NCBI GenBank assembly: GCA_041499035.1
Contig: JBGQJK010000001.1
Location: 12,314 to 76,313 of the forward strand
Source of the DNA: Patescibacteria group bacterium
Lineage (GTDB): Bacteria > Patescibacteriota > Microgenomatia > UBA8517
Length of the DNA: 64,000 nt
Direction of reading: 5' to 3'
The notes beneath the pieces were generated by a model. That model had not been told where the DNA came from. It ran no database searches and saw nothing but the letters and a program-made list of their open reading frames with translations. This document shows positions 1 to 11,746 of the stretch, in pieces (the stretch's first letter is position 1; the number at the start of each line of letters is the position of its first letter). Position numbers and translations under genes: made by a program.

Positions 1-1607
1 CTCCAGGCAATGCAATTTCGCAGGCAAAAACACCCAATATGGATAAACTCGTTAGTCTCTACCCGAATGGGGAGCTTGTTGCTTCGGGCGAGTCGGTTGG
101 ACTCCCTGCAAATGAAGTAGGCAATACCGAAGTAGGGCACCTAAACCTTGGGGCTGGTCGAGTTGTTCTTCAAGACCTTAAAAGGATAAGTAAGGCAATC
201 AAAGACGGGGATTTTTTTCTGAACAAAGCTTTAAGAGATGCGGCCGCTCATACCGCTTTAACTAAATCAAAGATGCACATAATAGGTCTTGTAAGTAGCG
301 GCGAGGTCCATTCCGCTATGGATCATTTTTATGCCACTCTTGATTTTTGCAAAAAAGAGGGTGTCAAGGATGTCTACCTCCATCTTTTTACCGACGGGCG
401 GGATGCTCCGCCCAGCGAGGGTCTTACAATCATTAAAAAAGTTCAAGAACATGTAGACGGTGCCGGCCTTGGGGTAATAGCGACAATTATGGGCCGGTAC
501 TATGCAATGGACAGAGACCGAAGATGGGACAGAACACAGGCGGCATTTGAAGCTCTGGTGCGCGGCAAAGGTCAAACCGCTACTTCCGCCTCGGAAGCCC
601 TTCAAAAATCTTATGCAGCAGGCAAAACAGATGAGTTTGTTGAGCCGACAGTCATTTTAAATAGTCAGGGTGCGCCAACCGCGACAATTGGGGACAGTGA
701 TTCGGTAATATTTTTTAATTTCAGAATTGACCGGCCGCGGCAATTAACCATGGCCCTAACCGTTGCCGATTTTACAAAAGCCAATATTTTTTGGGAATTT
801 GACCCTTATGCCGTTAAATACGGTCAAAAACATGCAGATACAGGCTCCGAAGTTCAAAAGAACGAACCGTTTGCCCGCGGAAGGCTCCCTTCTAATTTGT
901 TTTTTGTGACAATGACTCAATATCAAAAAAATTTGCCGGTTAGCGGTGTTGCTTTCCCCCCAGAGGTTATTAAGAATGGACTTGCGGAAACACTGGCAGG
1001 GGCAAATATTCCTCAAATGCATATGGCAGAAAGCGAAAAGGAAAGGTTTGTAACATACTACTTTGACGGTCAAAGGGAAGAGAAGTTCCGGCTGGAAGAT
1101 ACTTTAATAGTTCCATCCCCACGAGTTGCAACTTATGACAAAAAACCTGAAATGTCGGTACTCGAACTTGCTTATGAAGTTAAAAAAGTGCTAAGCAAGG
1201 ACAAATATAAATTTATTGTTATAAATTTTGCCAATGTTGATATGGTAGCCCATACCGGACAAATTAAGCCTACTATACGGGCGGTAGAAGTAGTCGATAC
1301 GGCCGTTGGTGAGGTGTTTGAGGCGGTATTAGCGATTGGAGGGACCTTGGTTATTACTGCGGATCACGGCAACGGGGAAGAACTTTTAACATATCCTCCC
1401 GGCTCATATTTTTTTACAACAAGCCAGGGGGAAGTAAATACAGATCATTCCAACTATCCCGTTCCGGTTATTTTTGTTAGTGCCGCCTATCAGGGTAAAG
1501 TAAAGACCATTACCGGCGGTACCCTGGGGGATGTAGCCCCGACGATTCTTACAATTTTGGGTATAGCAAAACCCGAGGCCATGACGGGACGGAATTTGCT
1601 AGAATGA
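1..1607 (+). CDS. gpmI: 2,3-bisphosphoglycerate-independent phosphoglycerate mutase, 5'-partial (reading frame open to the window edge)
   Basis: The translation aligns with iPGM from about residue 40 onward (ASGxxVGLPxxxxGNSEVGHxNLGAGRVV). There is no in-frame stop upstream of the listed ATG at 39, so the gene continues off the window. Confidence 0.85.
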   Translation, partial: PGNAISQAKTPNMDKLVSLYPNGELVASGESVGLPANEVGNTEVGHLNLGAGRVVLQDLKRISKAIKDGDFFLNKALRDAAAHTALTKSKMHIIGLVSSGEVHSAMDHFYATLDFCKKEGVKDVYLHLFTDGRDAPPSEGLTIIKKVQEHVDGAGLGVIATIMGRYYAMDRDRRWDRTQAAFEALVRGKGQTATSASEALQKSYAAGKTDEFVEPTVILNSQGAPTATIGDSDSVIFFNFRIDRPRQLTMALTVADFTKANIFWEFDPYAVKYGQKHADTGSEVQKNEPFARGRLPSNLFFVTMTQYQKNLPVSGVAFPPEVIKNGLAETLAGANIPQMHMAESEKERFVTYYFDGQREEKFRLEDTLIVPSPRVATYDKKPEMSVLELAYEVKKVLSKDKYKFIVINFANVDMVAHTGQIKPTIRAVEVVDTAVGEVFEAVLAIGGTLVITADHGNGEELLTYPPGSYFFTTSQGEVNTDHSNYPVPVIFVSAAYQGKVKTITGGTLGDVAPTILTILGIAKPEAMTGRNLLE

Positions 1608-1631
1608 AATGTAAGCACGAATGAATACAAA

Positions 1632-2063
1632 ATGAAAAATCCGAACATTGAACTAAAAAGAGCCAGAAAGCGTGGGAGGGCCATAGTCGAAGAGGCTAAA
1701 ATTAAGGCCTTAAGTATTATTGTTCAAGCTTACGGCGAGGAAATCCAGAAAATTGCCGCCGAAATTGCTGTCGAATTTAAAAATGAGGCGCTTCTGGAGG
1801 TGAGCCGATTTAAAGAAGAGCTTGAAAAAAGAGTTCTTGTCACTGAAGATGCCGCAGAGAGAGTTCTCGACGCCGAGTTTGATGAAGTTAAGAAGGAGGT
1901 TCAATCCTACAAGCAGGCAAAAATAAGCCAAATTGATTCTCAGGCAAAAGAAGTTCTAATTGACGTTACCAAAAAAGTACTCGGCAAGTCCATTGATCTC
2001 CGGGCTCACGAAGATCTGGTTATTAAATCTCTCGAAGATGCAAAACGACAAAACCTGTTCTGA
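1632..2063 (+). CDS. atpF: F-type ATP synthase Fo subunit b-like (coiled-coil stator stalk)
   Basis: 143-aa K/E-rich helical protein immediately upstream of delta-alpha-gamma-beta-epsilon. An N-terminal hydrophobic segment is weak or absent. Confidence 0.55.
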   Translation: MKNPNIELKRARKRGRAIVEEAKIKALSIIVQAYGEEIQKIAAEIAVEFKNEALLEVSRFKEELEKRVLVTEDAAERVLDAEFDEVKKEVQSYKQAKISQIDSQAKEVLIDVTKKVLGKSIDLRAHEDLVIKSLEDAKRQNLF

Positions 2064-2490
2064 AATAGTTAATTCACTTGCCCGTACACGAGCGGAAGCT
2101 AATTTGCTGGTTGCCGAGGTGGAGACTCTTGAGCGCTCACTCTATAAAATCGGCGAGGCCGACTTTGACCATACCCTCGAAACTGGAGTGCGCGCCAAAA
2201 CTGCCTACGCGATCGGGCAAGCCGTTAAGGGGGGCAACCATTCTGCACTCCTAATTGAGCTTAAGGCAAAAATAAATAGCCTTACCTATTTAGGGCTTAG
2301 GATTGCTTTTGAACCTAATTTGGAGGCAGTAGGTAAGTTTTATACCTGGGTGCGGCAGAATATAGGCGAGGGAGTGGCTCTCGATATTGTAATTGATAAA
2401 ACCGTCCTGGGCGGCGCTGTAATTGAGTATAAGGGCAAAATAAAAAACTTTTCGGTGTTAACCCTGGTTAACCAGTACTTTACTAACTAA
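1960..2490 (+). CDS. atpH: F-type ATP synthase delta (OSCP) subunit; start more likely ATG 2038
   Basis: C-terminal LDIVIDKTVLGGAVIEYKGKIKNFSVLTLVNQYF matches the OSCP/delta C-terminus. It overlaps atpF as listed, and an internal ATG at 2038 gives about 150 aa. Confidence 0.6.
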   Translation: MTLPKKYSASPLISGLTKIWLLNLSKMQNDKTCSEIVNSLARTRAEANLLVAEVETLERSLYKIGEADFDHTLETGVRAKTAYAIGQAVKGGNHSALLIELKAKINSLTYLGLRIAFEPNLEAVGKFYTWVRQNIGEGVALDIVIDKTVLGGAVIEYKGKIKNFSVLTLVNQYFTN

Positions 2491-2492
2491 TT

Positions 2493-3938
2493 ATGCTTAC
2501 TTTTGAAAAAGCCCTCCGCGACACCAGTGAGATTGGTACCGTTGTCGAAATTATTCATGTTCTGGCATTTGTGGAGGGGCTACCTGATGCCCGGATAGAC
2601 GAAATAGTCATTTTTGACAATGGAGAGATGGGGCAGGTTATTGCTATGAACGAGCACGTCGAGGTTCTCCTTTTGGGCAAGGGGGAGGTTAAGGTCGATT
2701 CAAAGGTCGGAAGAACCGGAAAGTTTTTGGATGTGGCGGTTGGACCGGAACTTCTCGGCAAGGTTATTGATCCACTCGGGAATTCACTCACTGAACCTTT
2801 TGTTATGGCCAACCCCGTTTACCATCCTATCGAGCGAATTCCCGATAAGATCCTCAACAGGGAAGTTATTCGTGAACCCCTTGTTACCGGGGTACCCATC
2901 GTTGACCTGGTTGTTCCACTGGGGAGGGGACAGCGGGAGCTTCTGGTCGGCGACCAAAAGACGGGCAAAACCGCGTTCCTACTGCAGACTGTTGTCAATC
3001 AGGCTTCCCATGGCAATATTTGTGTTTACTCGGCAATAGGCAAGAAACGGACTTCGATCAGGAGATTTATAGCCTATTTTAAAAGATGGGGGGTAGACAA
3101 AAATATTGTGATGGTAGCCTCGGGTTCTTCCGACTCTCCGGGACTCATATTTATTAATCCCTATGTTGCTATGACCATTGCCGAGTATTTTAGGGATTTG
3201 GGCCGCGATGTGGTTCTTATATTGGACGACCTCTCAACCCACGCAAAATATTATAGAGAAATAAGCCTTCTGGGAAAACGGTTTCCGGGCAGGAATTCAT
3301 ACCCCGGAGATATTTTTTATGTCCACAGTAGACTCTTGGAGCGGGCAGGCAAGTTTGTTAAAGGCTCAATTACGGCTCTGCCTGTAGTTGACACAATCCT
3401 TGGAGATCTGGCTGGATTTATTCAGACAAATGTTATGTCAATGACAGATGGACACCTTTTTTTTGATACGGAATACGCTAATTTGGGCAGGCACCCGGCG
3501 GTAAACCCTTTTTTATCGGTTACCCGTGTTGGTTTTCAGACTCAGACGGGACTCCTCCGTGACGTTAGCCGGCAGCTGGCTGCCTTTTTGGTAGAGCTGG
3601 AAAAACTCAGGCAGTTTTTGCATTTTGGGGCGGAGCTTTCCGAGAAGACTTTGAAAAGTATAGCTACGGGAGACAGACTGATTGCGTTTTTTAATCAGCC
3701 AACCGAAGTGGTGGTTCCACTGAACGTCAGTATTTTTGTTGTAGCCGCGATTATGGGCGGAGTATGGCGTGAAACCGAAATTGCAAAAATGAAACAAATT
3801 ATTGATATATTCCGAGATAGTTATATGAAGAAAGATGCATTTAGGTTAAATGTTGATAATGTTATAGCAAAATCTCAAAAACTTGAGGATTTGGTTCTTA
3901 ACATTAGGGATAATTCCGGGCCTTTTGAGCTATTATGA
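2493..3938 (+). CDS. atpA: F1 ATP synthase alpha subunit
   Basis: Walker A GDQKTGKTAF, a typical alpha N-terminal beta-barrel, and its position in the operon. Confidence 0.9.
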   Translation: MLTFEKALRDTSEIGTVVEIIHVLAFVEGLPDARIDEIVIFDNGEMGQVIAMNEHVEVLLLGKGEVKVDSKVGRTGKFLDVAVGPELLGKVIDPLGNSLTEPFVMANPVYHPIERIPDKILNREVIREPLVTGVPIVDLVVPLGRGQRELLVGDQKTGKTAFLLQTVVNQASHGNICVYSAIGKKRTSIRRFIAYFKRWGVDKNIVMVASGSSDSPGLIFINPYVAMTIAEYFRDLGRDVVLILDDLSTHAKYYREISLLGKRFPGRNSYPGDIFYVHSRLLERAGKFVKGSITALPVVDTILGDLAGFIQTNVMSMTDGHLFFDTEYANLGRHPAVNPFLSVTRVGFQTQTGLLRDVSRQLAAFLVELEKLRQFLHFGAELSEKTLKSIATGDRLIAFFNQPTEVVVPLNVSIFVVAAIMGGVWRETEIAKMKQIIDIFRDSYMKKDAFRLNVDNVIAKSQKLEDLVLNIRDNSGPFELL

Positions 3939-4801
3939 CAAAAAAAGAAATAAACGACAGGATAGAAACTCTGAGCATGCTCATTAGCTTGACCGAAGCA
4001 TACTCCGAAGTCTCATCGGAAAGAATGAAACGGATCCGCGCGGGAGTGGTCACCAGCAGGGATTTTTTGGCCTCGATTGATGCAATTTTCAGGGAGCTTA
4101 GAAATTCCCAGAAACGAGAGGTGGCGCGCATCGGAAGATCACGGGGAGGCAAGGGTCTTGTTACTTTTCTGGCTCACAACGGTAAAACAGCCTCAGTGTT
4201 TGTTGCATCAAATGCAGGTCTTTATGGAGACATTATAAGCCGGGTATTCAGTAGTTTCCTAACCGAGGTGCGGGCCAAAAACACCGAGGTAACCATTATC
4301 GGCAAGTTCGGTTTGAGTCTGTTTTTGTCCGCGGAACCCAGGCGTCCTTATACTTATTTTGACTATCCCGACTATGGCGATAGCCAGGAGGATCTGGCTC
4401 TAATCACCAGGCACCTGGTTAGTTATGAGCAGATTCACATTTTCTACGGCAAATTCAGAAATCTGGCATATCAGGAGCCCGTAACTGCTACAATTGCCGC
4501 CGAAACTGAGCTAGGCAAAGAGGAACCGGGCGCCAAAATTACCAAATACTTGTTTGAACCGGATCTTAGCGAAATTTTGGCTTTCTTTGAAGGGGAGATG
4601 TTTACATCAACTTTTGAACAGGCGCTTAGGGAATCTCAACTTGCCAAATATTCCTCAAGAATGATTTCTATGGACAAAGCGGGGGAAAAGGTCAAAGACG
4701 AGCTAAAAAAGGTACGACTGGATCATTTAAAGATGACCCACTACATTGCCGATAAAAAGCAGCAAAGCATGTTTGGTAGTTTTCATCTTTGGGGAACATA
4801 A
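3935..4801 (+). CDS. atpG: F1 ATP synthase gamma subunit
   Basis: 288 aa with gamma-like N- and C-terminal helices; its start overlaps the atpA stop (translational coupling). Confidence 0.8.
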   Translation: MTKKEINDRIETLSMLISLTEAYSEVSSERMKRIRAGVVTSRDFLASIDAIFRELRNSQKREVARIGRSRGGKGLVTFLAHNGKTASVFVASNAGLYGDIISRVFSSFLTEVRAKNTEVTIIGKFGLSLFLSAEPRRPYTYFDYPDYGDSQEDLALITRHLVSYEQIHIFYGKFRNLAYQEPVTATIAAETELGKEEPGAKITKYLFEPDLSEILAFFEGEMFTSTFEQALRESQLAKYSSRMISMDKAGEKVKDELKKVRLDHLKMTHYIADKKQQSMFGSFHLWGT

Positions 4802-4807
4802 GGCTGA

Positions 4808-6446
<1,639 letters not shown>

Positions 6447-6491
6447 TTGGCCACTCTGATTTATGAAATCCTCGTGGTAAAATAGGCTTTA

Positions 6492-7778
6492 ATGGATTAC
6501 AAATTACAGACTTTAAGCTCGGGGCTTCGGCTTCTGACAGTTCCCATGCCGGGGCTTGAATCGGTTACAGTCACTGTTTGGGTTAAAACGGGATCGCGCT
6601 TCGAAGAAGCAAAAGTTAGCGGCATTTCCCACTTTCTGGAGCATATGGTTTTTAAGGGTAGTAAAAAACGCCCCAGCGCCAAGGCAATTTCCGAGATAGT
6701 GGATTCCATTGGTGGTGAATTTAATGCCGGAACTAGTAAAGACTGGACAAATTTTTATATTAAAACCAGGGTAGGGAACATCGAAACCGCAATGGACGTG
6801 TTAGCCGATATGGTTTTAAATCCTCTATTAAAACCGGAAGAGATTGAAAGAGAAAAAGGCACGATTATCCAAGAAATTGCCATGTATGAAGACACGCCCA
6901 TGATGCATATCGGCGATGTTTTTGAAGAACTGGCTTTTGCAGGGAACCCCTTGGGTTGGGACACGGCGGGGACCCAGAAAACCGTTAAAGCGATTAAAAG
7001 AAATGATTTTCTGCGATATAGATTGATACATTATCATCCTGATCAAATGATGGTATCGGTGGTTGGGGGAATAACTGAAAATATTTCAAAGAAACTAACA
7101 GAAAAGTATTTTCAGAATTTCCAATTTCCAAATTCCAAGTTTCAATCAAATTCTAATTTCCAAAATTTCAAAAATAAACAAGCCAAGTCTCAATTAAAAC
7201 TTCAAACTAAAAAGTCAGAGCAGGCGCATTTGATATTGGGTTTTATATCCGAGGGCCGTAATTATGAAGGGCGCTTTGCCCAGAGTCTCCTGGCAACAAT
7301 CTTAGGTGGCGGTATGAGTTCCAGAATGTTTATAGAAGTCCGGGAACGTAGGGGTTTGGCCTATTCAATCAGGACTGGAGTAGACAGATATCAGGAGGTG
7401 GGCTACCTTTCTACATACGCAGGCGTAAGCGTAGATAAAGCACCTGAGGCGGTAAAAATAATACTTGAAGAGCAATATAAGCTTGCGGGAGGGGCTAAGC
7501 CCATTGGAAAACCGGAGCTCCGGAAAGCCAAGGAGTATCTTAAAGGCCATCTGGCATTGGCGCTGGAAGACACTAAAGATGTAACCGCTTTTTTTGCCGA
7601 TCAGGCATTATTTGCCAAAGAAATGTTGACTCCCGAGGAGGTCTACAAAAAAGTCGACAAAGTCACTATTGAAGATGTCCTAACTGAAGCTAAAAAGCTT
7701 TTCGTTCCTGCAAAATTGAACCTGGCCATAATTGGTCCTTTCACAGAAAAGGAAAAATTTGTACAATTGCTCCGATGA
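6492..7778 (+). CDS. M16-family zinc peptidase (insulinase/pitrilysin-like)
   Basis: Inverted zinc motif HFLEH plus downstream E. A Q/N/F-rich low-complexity insertion lies at about 7100-7210. Confidence 0.75.
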   Translation: MDYKLQTLSSGLRLLTVPMPGLESVTVTVWVKTGSRFEEAKVSGISHFLEHMVFKGSKKRPSAKAISEIVDSIGGEFNAGTSKDWTNFYIKTRVGNIETAMDVLADMVLNPLLKPEEIEREKGTIIQEIAMYEDTPMMHIGDVFEELAFAGNPLGWDTAGTQKTVKAIKRNDFLRYRLIHYHPDQMMVSVVGGITENISKKLTEKYFQNFQFPNSKFQSNSNFQNFKNKQAKSQLKLQTKKSEQAHLILGFISEGRNYEGRFAQSLLATILGGGMSSRMFIEVRERRGLAYSIRTGVDRYQEVGYLSTYAGVSVDKAPEAVKIILEEQYKLAGGAKPIGKPELRKAKEYLKGHLALALEDTKDVTAFFADQALFAKEMLTPEEVYKKVDKVTIEDVLTEAKKLFVPAKLNLAIIGPFTEKEKFVQLLR

Positions 7779-8839
7779 AAGGCCTGGAATTCCCTGTAGT
7801 CGGCACAAAAGTTAATGGTTTAACCAAAAAGTTTGACATTAATAGCCCCTCAGGCCGCAGCGCTTATTTCGAAGCGAAAGCGGGGGACGAAATTCGCACG
7901 ATCAAAAAGTATTTGGACAAAAATACTTTTGTGGCCTACCTTATAGGCAAGAAAAACTCCGGAAAAGGAACTTATTCCCAGATTTTTACGGAAATTTTTG
8001 GCGCTGACAAAGTCGCGCTGGTTTCGATTGGCGACGTTGTCCGTAATGTAAGTTCGGATTGGGATAATTTTAAGAAATCGGAAAAATATGACCGCCTCAA
8101 AAGTCTCTATAGAGGCTATATTTCGTTTGAGGATGCTTGCAATGCTCTGACAGGCAGGTCCCAGTCAAAATTACTGCCAACCGAGTTTATTCTGGCGCTT
8201 CTGAAGCTGACCATTGAAGACCTTAAAGGCAAAACAATATTTATTGACGGACTCCCGAGGGAGCTGGATCAGGTTTCCTATTCTCTATATTTTCGCGATT
8301 TGATCGGCTATAGGGATGATCCTGACATGTTTATTCTGATTGATATTCCCGAGTCTGTAATCGATGAGAGAATTAAATACCGTGTAGTTTGCCCCAATTG
8401 CAAAAATACCAGGAATATTAAGCTACTTATTACCAATAAGTATCAGTATGATGCAAAAACCAAACAGTTCTATTTGCTCTGTGACAGCCCGCGTTGCAGC
8501 GGGGGATTTCGGATGGAGCCCAAAGAAGGGGATAGCCTTGGGATTGGCCCGATCCGCGACCGCTTGAATAAAGATGAGGAAATTTTAAGAAAAGCTTTTG
8601 CGCTTCATGGAATCCCGAAAATCCTTTTGAGAAATCATGTTGCCCAGGCCGATTCTTTAAAATATTTCGACGATTATGAAATAACTCCGGAATATTCTTT
8701 CAAGCTGAATAAAGGTAGGGTTCAAGTTATAGAAAAGCCCTGGACAATAAAGGACGACAATGGAACACTTTCAGTTAGCCTCCTTTCGGCACCCGTAGTT
8801 GTCTCCATGCTCAAACAGATTGCGGAAGTCCTCTCATAA
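7775..8839 (+). CDS. adenylate kinase-family NMP kinase with Cys4 LID, extended (354 aa)
   Basis: P-loop GKKNSGKGT, an IDGLPRE segment (compare LDGFPRT) and a zinc-LID CPNC...CDSPRC. Confidence 0.5.
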   Translation: MKGLEFPVVGTKVNGLTKKFDINSPSGRSAYFEAKAGDEIRTIKKYLDKNTFVAYLIGKKNSGKGTYSQIFTEIFGADKVALVSIGDVVRNVSSDWDNFKKSEKYDRLKSLYRGYISFEDACNALTGRSQSKLLPTEFILALLKLTIEDLKGKTIFIDGLPRELDQVSYSLYFRDLIGYRDDPDMFILIDIPESVIDERIKYRVVCPNCKNTRNIKLLITNKYQYDAKTKQFYLLCDSPRCSGGFRMEPKEGDSLGIGPIRDRLNKDEEILRKAFALHGIPKILLRNHVAQADSLKYFDDYEITPEYSFKLNKGRVQVIEKPWTIKDDNGTLSVSLLSAPVVVSMLKQIAEVLS

Positions 8840-8851
8840 TAATTTCTCGGG

Positions 8852-8923
8852 TCGGGGTGCTGGGAATTGAACCCAGTGTCTTTACGTCCCGAACGTAACG
8901 TGATACCGATTCACTACACCCCG
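8852..8923 (-). tRNA. tRNA-Pro (anticodon CGG)
   Basis: A manual cloverleaf on the reverse complement: acceptor CGGGGTG/CACCCCG, D-arm GTGA/TCAC, anticodon loop TTCGGGA, T-loop TTCAATT. No CCA is encoded. Confidence 0.7.
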
Positions 8924-8927
8924 GTTG

Positions 8928-8999
8928 TGCCCTCGGAGGGAATTGAACCTCCATCTTACCCTTAGGACGGGTCTGCTCTGTCCGTTGAGCTACGAGGGC
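8928..8999 (-). tRNA. tRNA-Arg (anticodon CCT, tentative)
   Basis: Reverse complement: perfect 7-bp acceptor GCCCTCG/CGAGGGC, D-arm GCTC/GAGC, anticodon loop GTCCTAA, T-loop TTCAATT. The anticodon stem has one mismatch. Confidence 0.6.
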
Positions 9000-9040
9000 A
9001 AGTTAACGAGCCTCAAGCTAAATTATATCACGATCGGAGC

Positions 9041-10255
9041 TTACTTGATTGTGAGTGTGTAAAGGTTAGGGGATGCCGTTCCGGCTCCCAGGTTGGTCAG
9101 AATTAGAAGTCTTGTTGTATTATTGAACGGGAAAGCAAAGGAACCTATATACGAACCCGAATAGACGGTTTCTTTATTTGTTCCGTCATAATCCATAATT
9201 ACTACCTGCCCGGGTTGGGCCAGCAAGAGCTGACGGCTGGTAGACATCCAGCGCAAAGCCGGAGTTTGTGAGCTATTAACTGTTAACTGTTGACTGTTTA
9301 GTATTACTTCTTGATTTGTTATCAAAAAATTACGATCTTCTTTGATATCATAAATATAGGTATGACCACTTTGAACTGCCCTTTCCTGTTTTTGGGTGGA
9401 GGCCCCGGGGAGCGGTTTTATTAAGTTATCCGATAAAGTGCCCGAGCCGCTGGCGGTATAAAGGATCATGTTTGCGTCCGGAGAAAAAACGAAATCGCGG
9501 GTTTTGCGGGTTAAAATGTCGGTTAGTTCTGGCGGCAAATTCCTAATTAGGCTAGTATCTTTTACCGACTTTTCCTGTTGCCATTCCGTAATAGTTGCGG
9601 CCTTCTGGCTTGCAATGTTTACCCTTTGATTTTGAGGGGTAAATAAACCGGTATCGAGTACAGATATACCGTTTGATGTTGTTAGCATTATCTGTCTGCC
9701 GTCAGGTGAAAACGAATAACTGGCGTTTGTCAGGTCCCCGTCTGTAATTCGCCTCGGGTCATTGGAAAATCCTAAAGGGAGCGAGAACGTGTCGAGTGTC
9801 CAAAGACCGATTTTATCATCAGTAACGCCGTCACCGGGGAGAACAGTATAGGTAATCTTGCCCCCGTCGGGTGACATTAAGGGGTTTGAGGCTCCAGAGA
9901 AAGTTGCGGGGGAAAGGGATGGAACGTTCCTAAAAAGTGAGACAGTAGCCTGGGTCACAATCTCCTTATCAATTGTCAGGCGTTTGTACCAGCTAAAATA
10001 ACCGTCCTTCCTTACTTCGACGTCGTAAACACCGGGGGAGAGTGAGACTGTTGCGTTTGTGGCAGTTTTCAGGCTACCGTCAATCAGTACCGAAGCTCCG
10101 TCAGGCTCCGACTTAATTACCAGGATTCCGTTTGGCTGGAATTTAAGACTTCTAAAATCAAATCTGTAGCCTCTGGCATAATATGACACAAAAGCCCCGA
10201 CCGTACCAACTATTAATATACTTACGATAAAGGCAAGGAGGCGGATTCTAGCCAT
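9041..10255 (-). CDS. membrane-anchored PEGA-domain / beta-propeller (TolB-like) protein
   Basis: An N-terminal TM helix, a PEGA-like segment (VLIDGSLKTATNATVSLSPGVYDVEVRKDGY) and a beta-rich C-terminal region. Confidence 0.5.
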   Translation of the reverse strand: MARIRLLAFIVSILIVGTVGAFVSYYARGYRFDFRSLKFQPNGILVIKSEPDGASVLIDGSLKTATNATVSLSPGVYDVEVRKDGYFSWYKRLTIDKEIVTQATVSLFRNVPSLSPATFSGASNPLMSPDGGKITYTVLPGDGVTDDKIGLWTLDTFSLPLGFSNDPRRITDGDLTNASYSFSPDGRQIMLTTSNGISVLDTGLFTPQNQRVNIASQKAATITEWQQEKSVKDTSLIRNLPPELTDILTRKTRDFVFSPDANMILYTASGSGTLSDNLIKPLPGASTQKQERAVQSGHTYIYDIKEDRNFLITNQEVILNSQQLTVNSSQTPALRWMSTSRQLLLAQPGQVVIMDYDGTNKETVYSGSYIGSFAFPFNNTTRLLILTNLGAGTASPNLYTLTIK

Positions 10256-10327
10256 AGTCTATTATACCAGACTTGGCGTTTATCTGATCTGTTATAATCC
10301 TTTTATCCCGCTGTCGGGTGAACATCC

Positions 10328-11335
10328 ATGCTTAGGAAAAATATTGCTATTGATCTCGGCACTGCCAATACTCTGGTTTGGGTAGCCGGGGTAGGTTTAA
10401 TCGTAAACGAACCGACGGTTGTGGCTATATCTTCTGAGGATAACAAAGTTGTTGCTGTGGGAGAGGAGGCAAAATTGATGCTGGGGAGGACCCCGGAAGC
10501 CTTGATCGCAAGTAGGCCCATGCGAGACGGTGTTATCGCTGACTATCAGGTAACCGAGGCCATGCTCAGGTATTTTATAGGCAAAGTTACGGGCAGATTC
10601 CAGTTTTTTAAGCCTGAAGTCATGGTCTGCGTGCCTGCAGGGTGCACTCAAGTTGAGAGGCGAGCCGCTCTTGACGCGACTCTTTCCGCCGGTGCCGCGC
10701 ATGCATATTTGATTGATGAACCTCTGGCGGCCGCGATTGGGGCAGGAATACCCGTTTCCGCTCCCTCGGGGCACATGATTGTCGATATCGGTGGAGGCTC
10801 TACCGAGGCTGCCGTAATTTCGCTAGGAGGCGTTGTTACTCACAAATCGGTACGCGTGGCCGGGAATAAGATCGACGAAGCTATTCAAAGCCATCTTAAA
10901 AAGAAGCATAATTTAATTGTGGGGGATACTACTGCGGAAGACATTAAGCTCAAAATCGGCTCGGCAACCCTTCTGGCCAAGGAGGAGAAATTGGAAATTT
11001 CCGGACGCGATCTGGTCTTTGGACTCCCAAGGAGCGTAGTCATAACCAGCAACGAAATTTGCGAAGCTATTAAACCTGTTCTAATGCAAATAATCGGAGG
11101 AGTTAAAGCAGTTTTAGAAGATACGCCGCCGGAACTGGCGGCGGACATTATAGATAAGGGGATTGTAATGAGCGGCGGAACTTCGACGCTCAGGAATTTT
11201 GATAAACTCATGACGGAAGAGACCGGCGTTCCCGCGCACGTTGCGGACGAGCCGCTACTCTGCGTTGTCCGGGGCACAGGGCTGGTGCTTGAAAACATTG
11301 AGCTTTGGAAGAGGAGTATTACCAACAAAAGATAA
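10328..11335 (+). CDS. mreB: rod-shape-determining actin homologue MreB
   Basis: N-terminal IAIDLGTANTLVWV; the actin-fold phosphate and adenosine motifs run throughout. Confidence 0.9.
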   Translation: MLRKNIAIDLGTANTLVWVAGVGLIVNEPTVVAISSEDNKVVAVGEEAKLMLGRTPEALIASRPMRDGVIADYQVTEAMLRYFIGKVTGRFQFFKPEVMVCVPAGCTQVERRAALDATLSAGAAHAYLIDEPLAAAIGAGIPVSAPSGHMIVDIGGGSTEAAVISLGGVVTHKSVRVAGNKIDEAIQSHLKKKHNLIVGDTTAEDIKLKIGSATLLAKEEKLEISGRDLVFGLPRSVVITSNEICEAIKPVLMQIIGGVKAVLEDTPPELAADIIDKGIVMSGGTSTLRNFDKLMTEETGVPAHVADEPLLCVVRGTGLVLENIELWKRSITNKR

Positions 11336-11746
11336 TATAGGGTATATCTATAAATAGGGAAGAGTTTGTATTATAGGTAAAATATATCAATAATATGAGA
11401 GATGATATAAAGTCCGATGCCCCGGGAAATAGAATAATTTGGCGAGCTAAGGTATTTTTCTTATAGTATTAATAATATTCTGTAAATAATTGCGGATAGA
11501 TTGAGGATAAATGATTATAATTAAAGCAAAAAAAAGAGCTAATAAATTGCTCAAAAATGTGTATTTAAAGTAATTTTGTTTTAATAAATTTACCCTGTAG
11601 TTTAATTATATTAATAGTGAAAATGACAGAATTGTCAGCAAAATATATCAATTAATATAGGATAAATCGAAATGCGGGAAAAGTAGAGCCAGTAATACAA
11701 AAACTCTGAATTATAAGATAGATGGTAAAAATTTTACAAAAAATTA

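Noticed and set aside
267-1073. Short antisense ORFs inside gpmI, the atp genes and other long CDSs (for example 267-605, 756-1073, 2555-2812, 4913-5173)
   Set aside because: They are fully embedded in well-supported genes on the opposite strand with no motifs.
9284-9310. AGTCAACAGTTAACAG shared between the PEGA-protein gene (9284-9310) and the O-antigen-ligase gene (63352-63381)
   Set aside because: A 16-mer recurrence is near chance expectation for a 64-kb window on two strands. Both copies encode an incidental SQQLT peptide.
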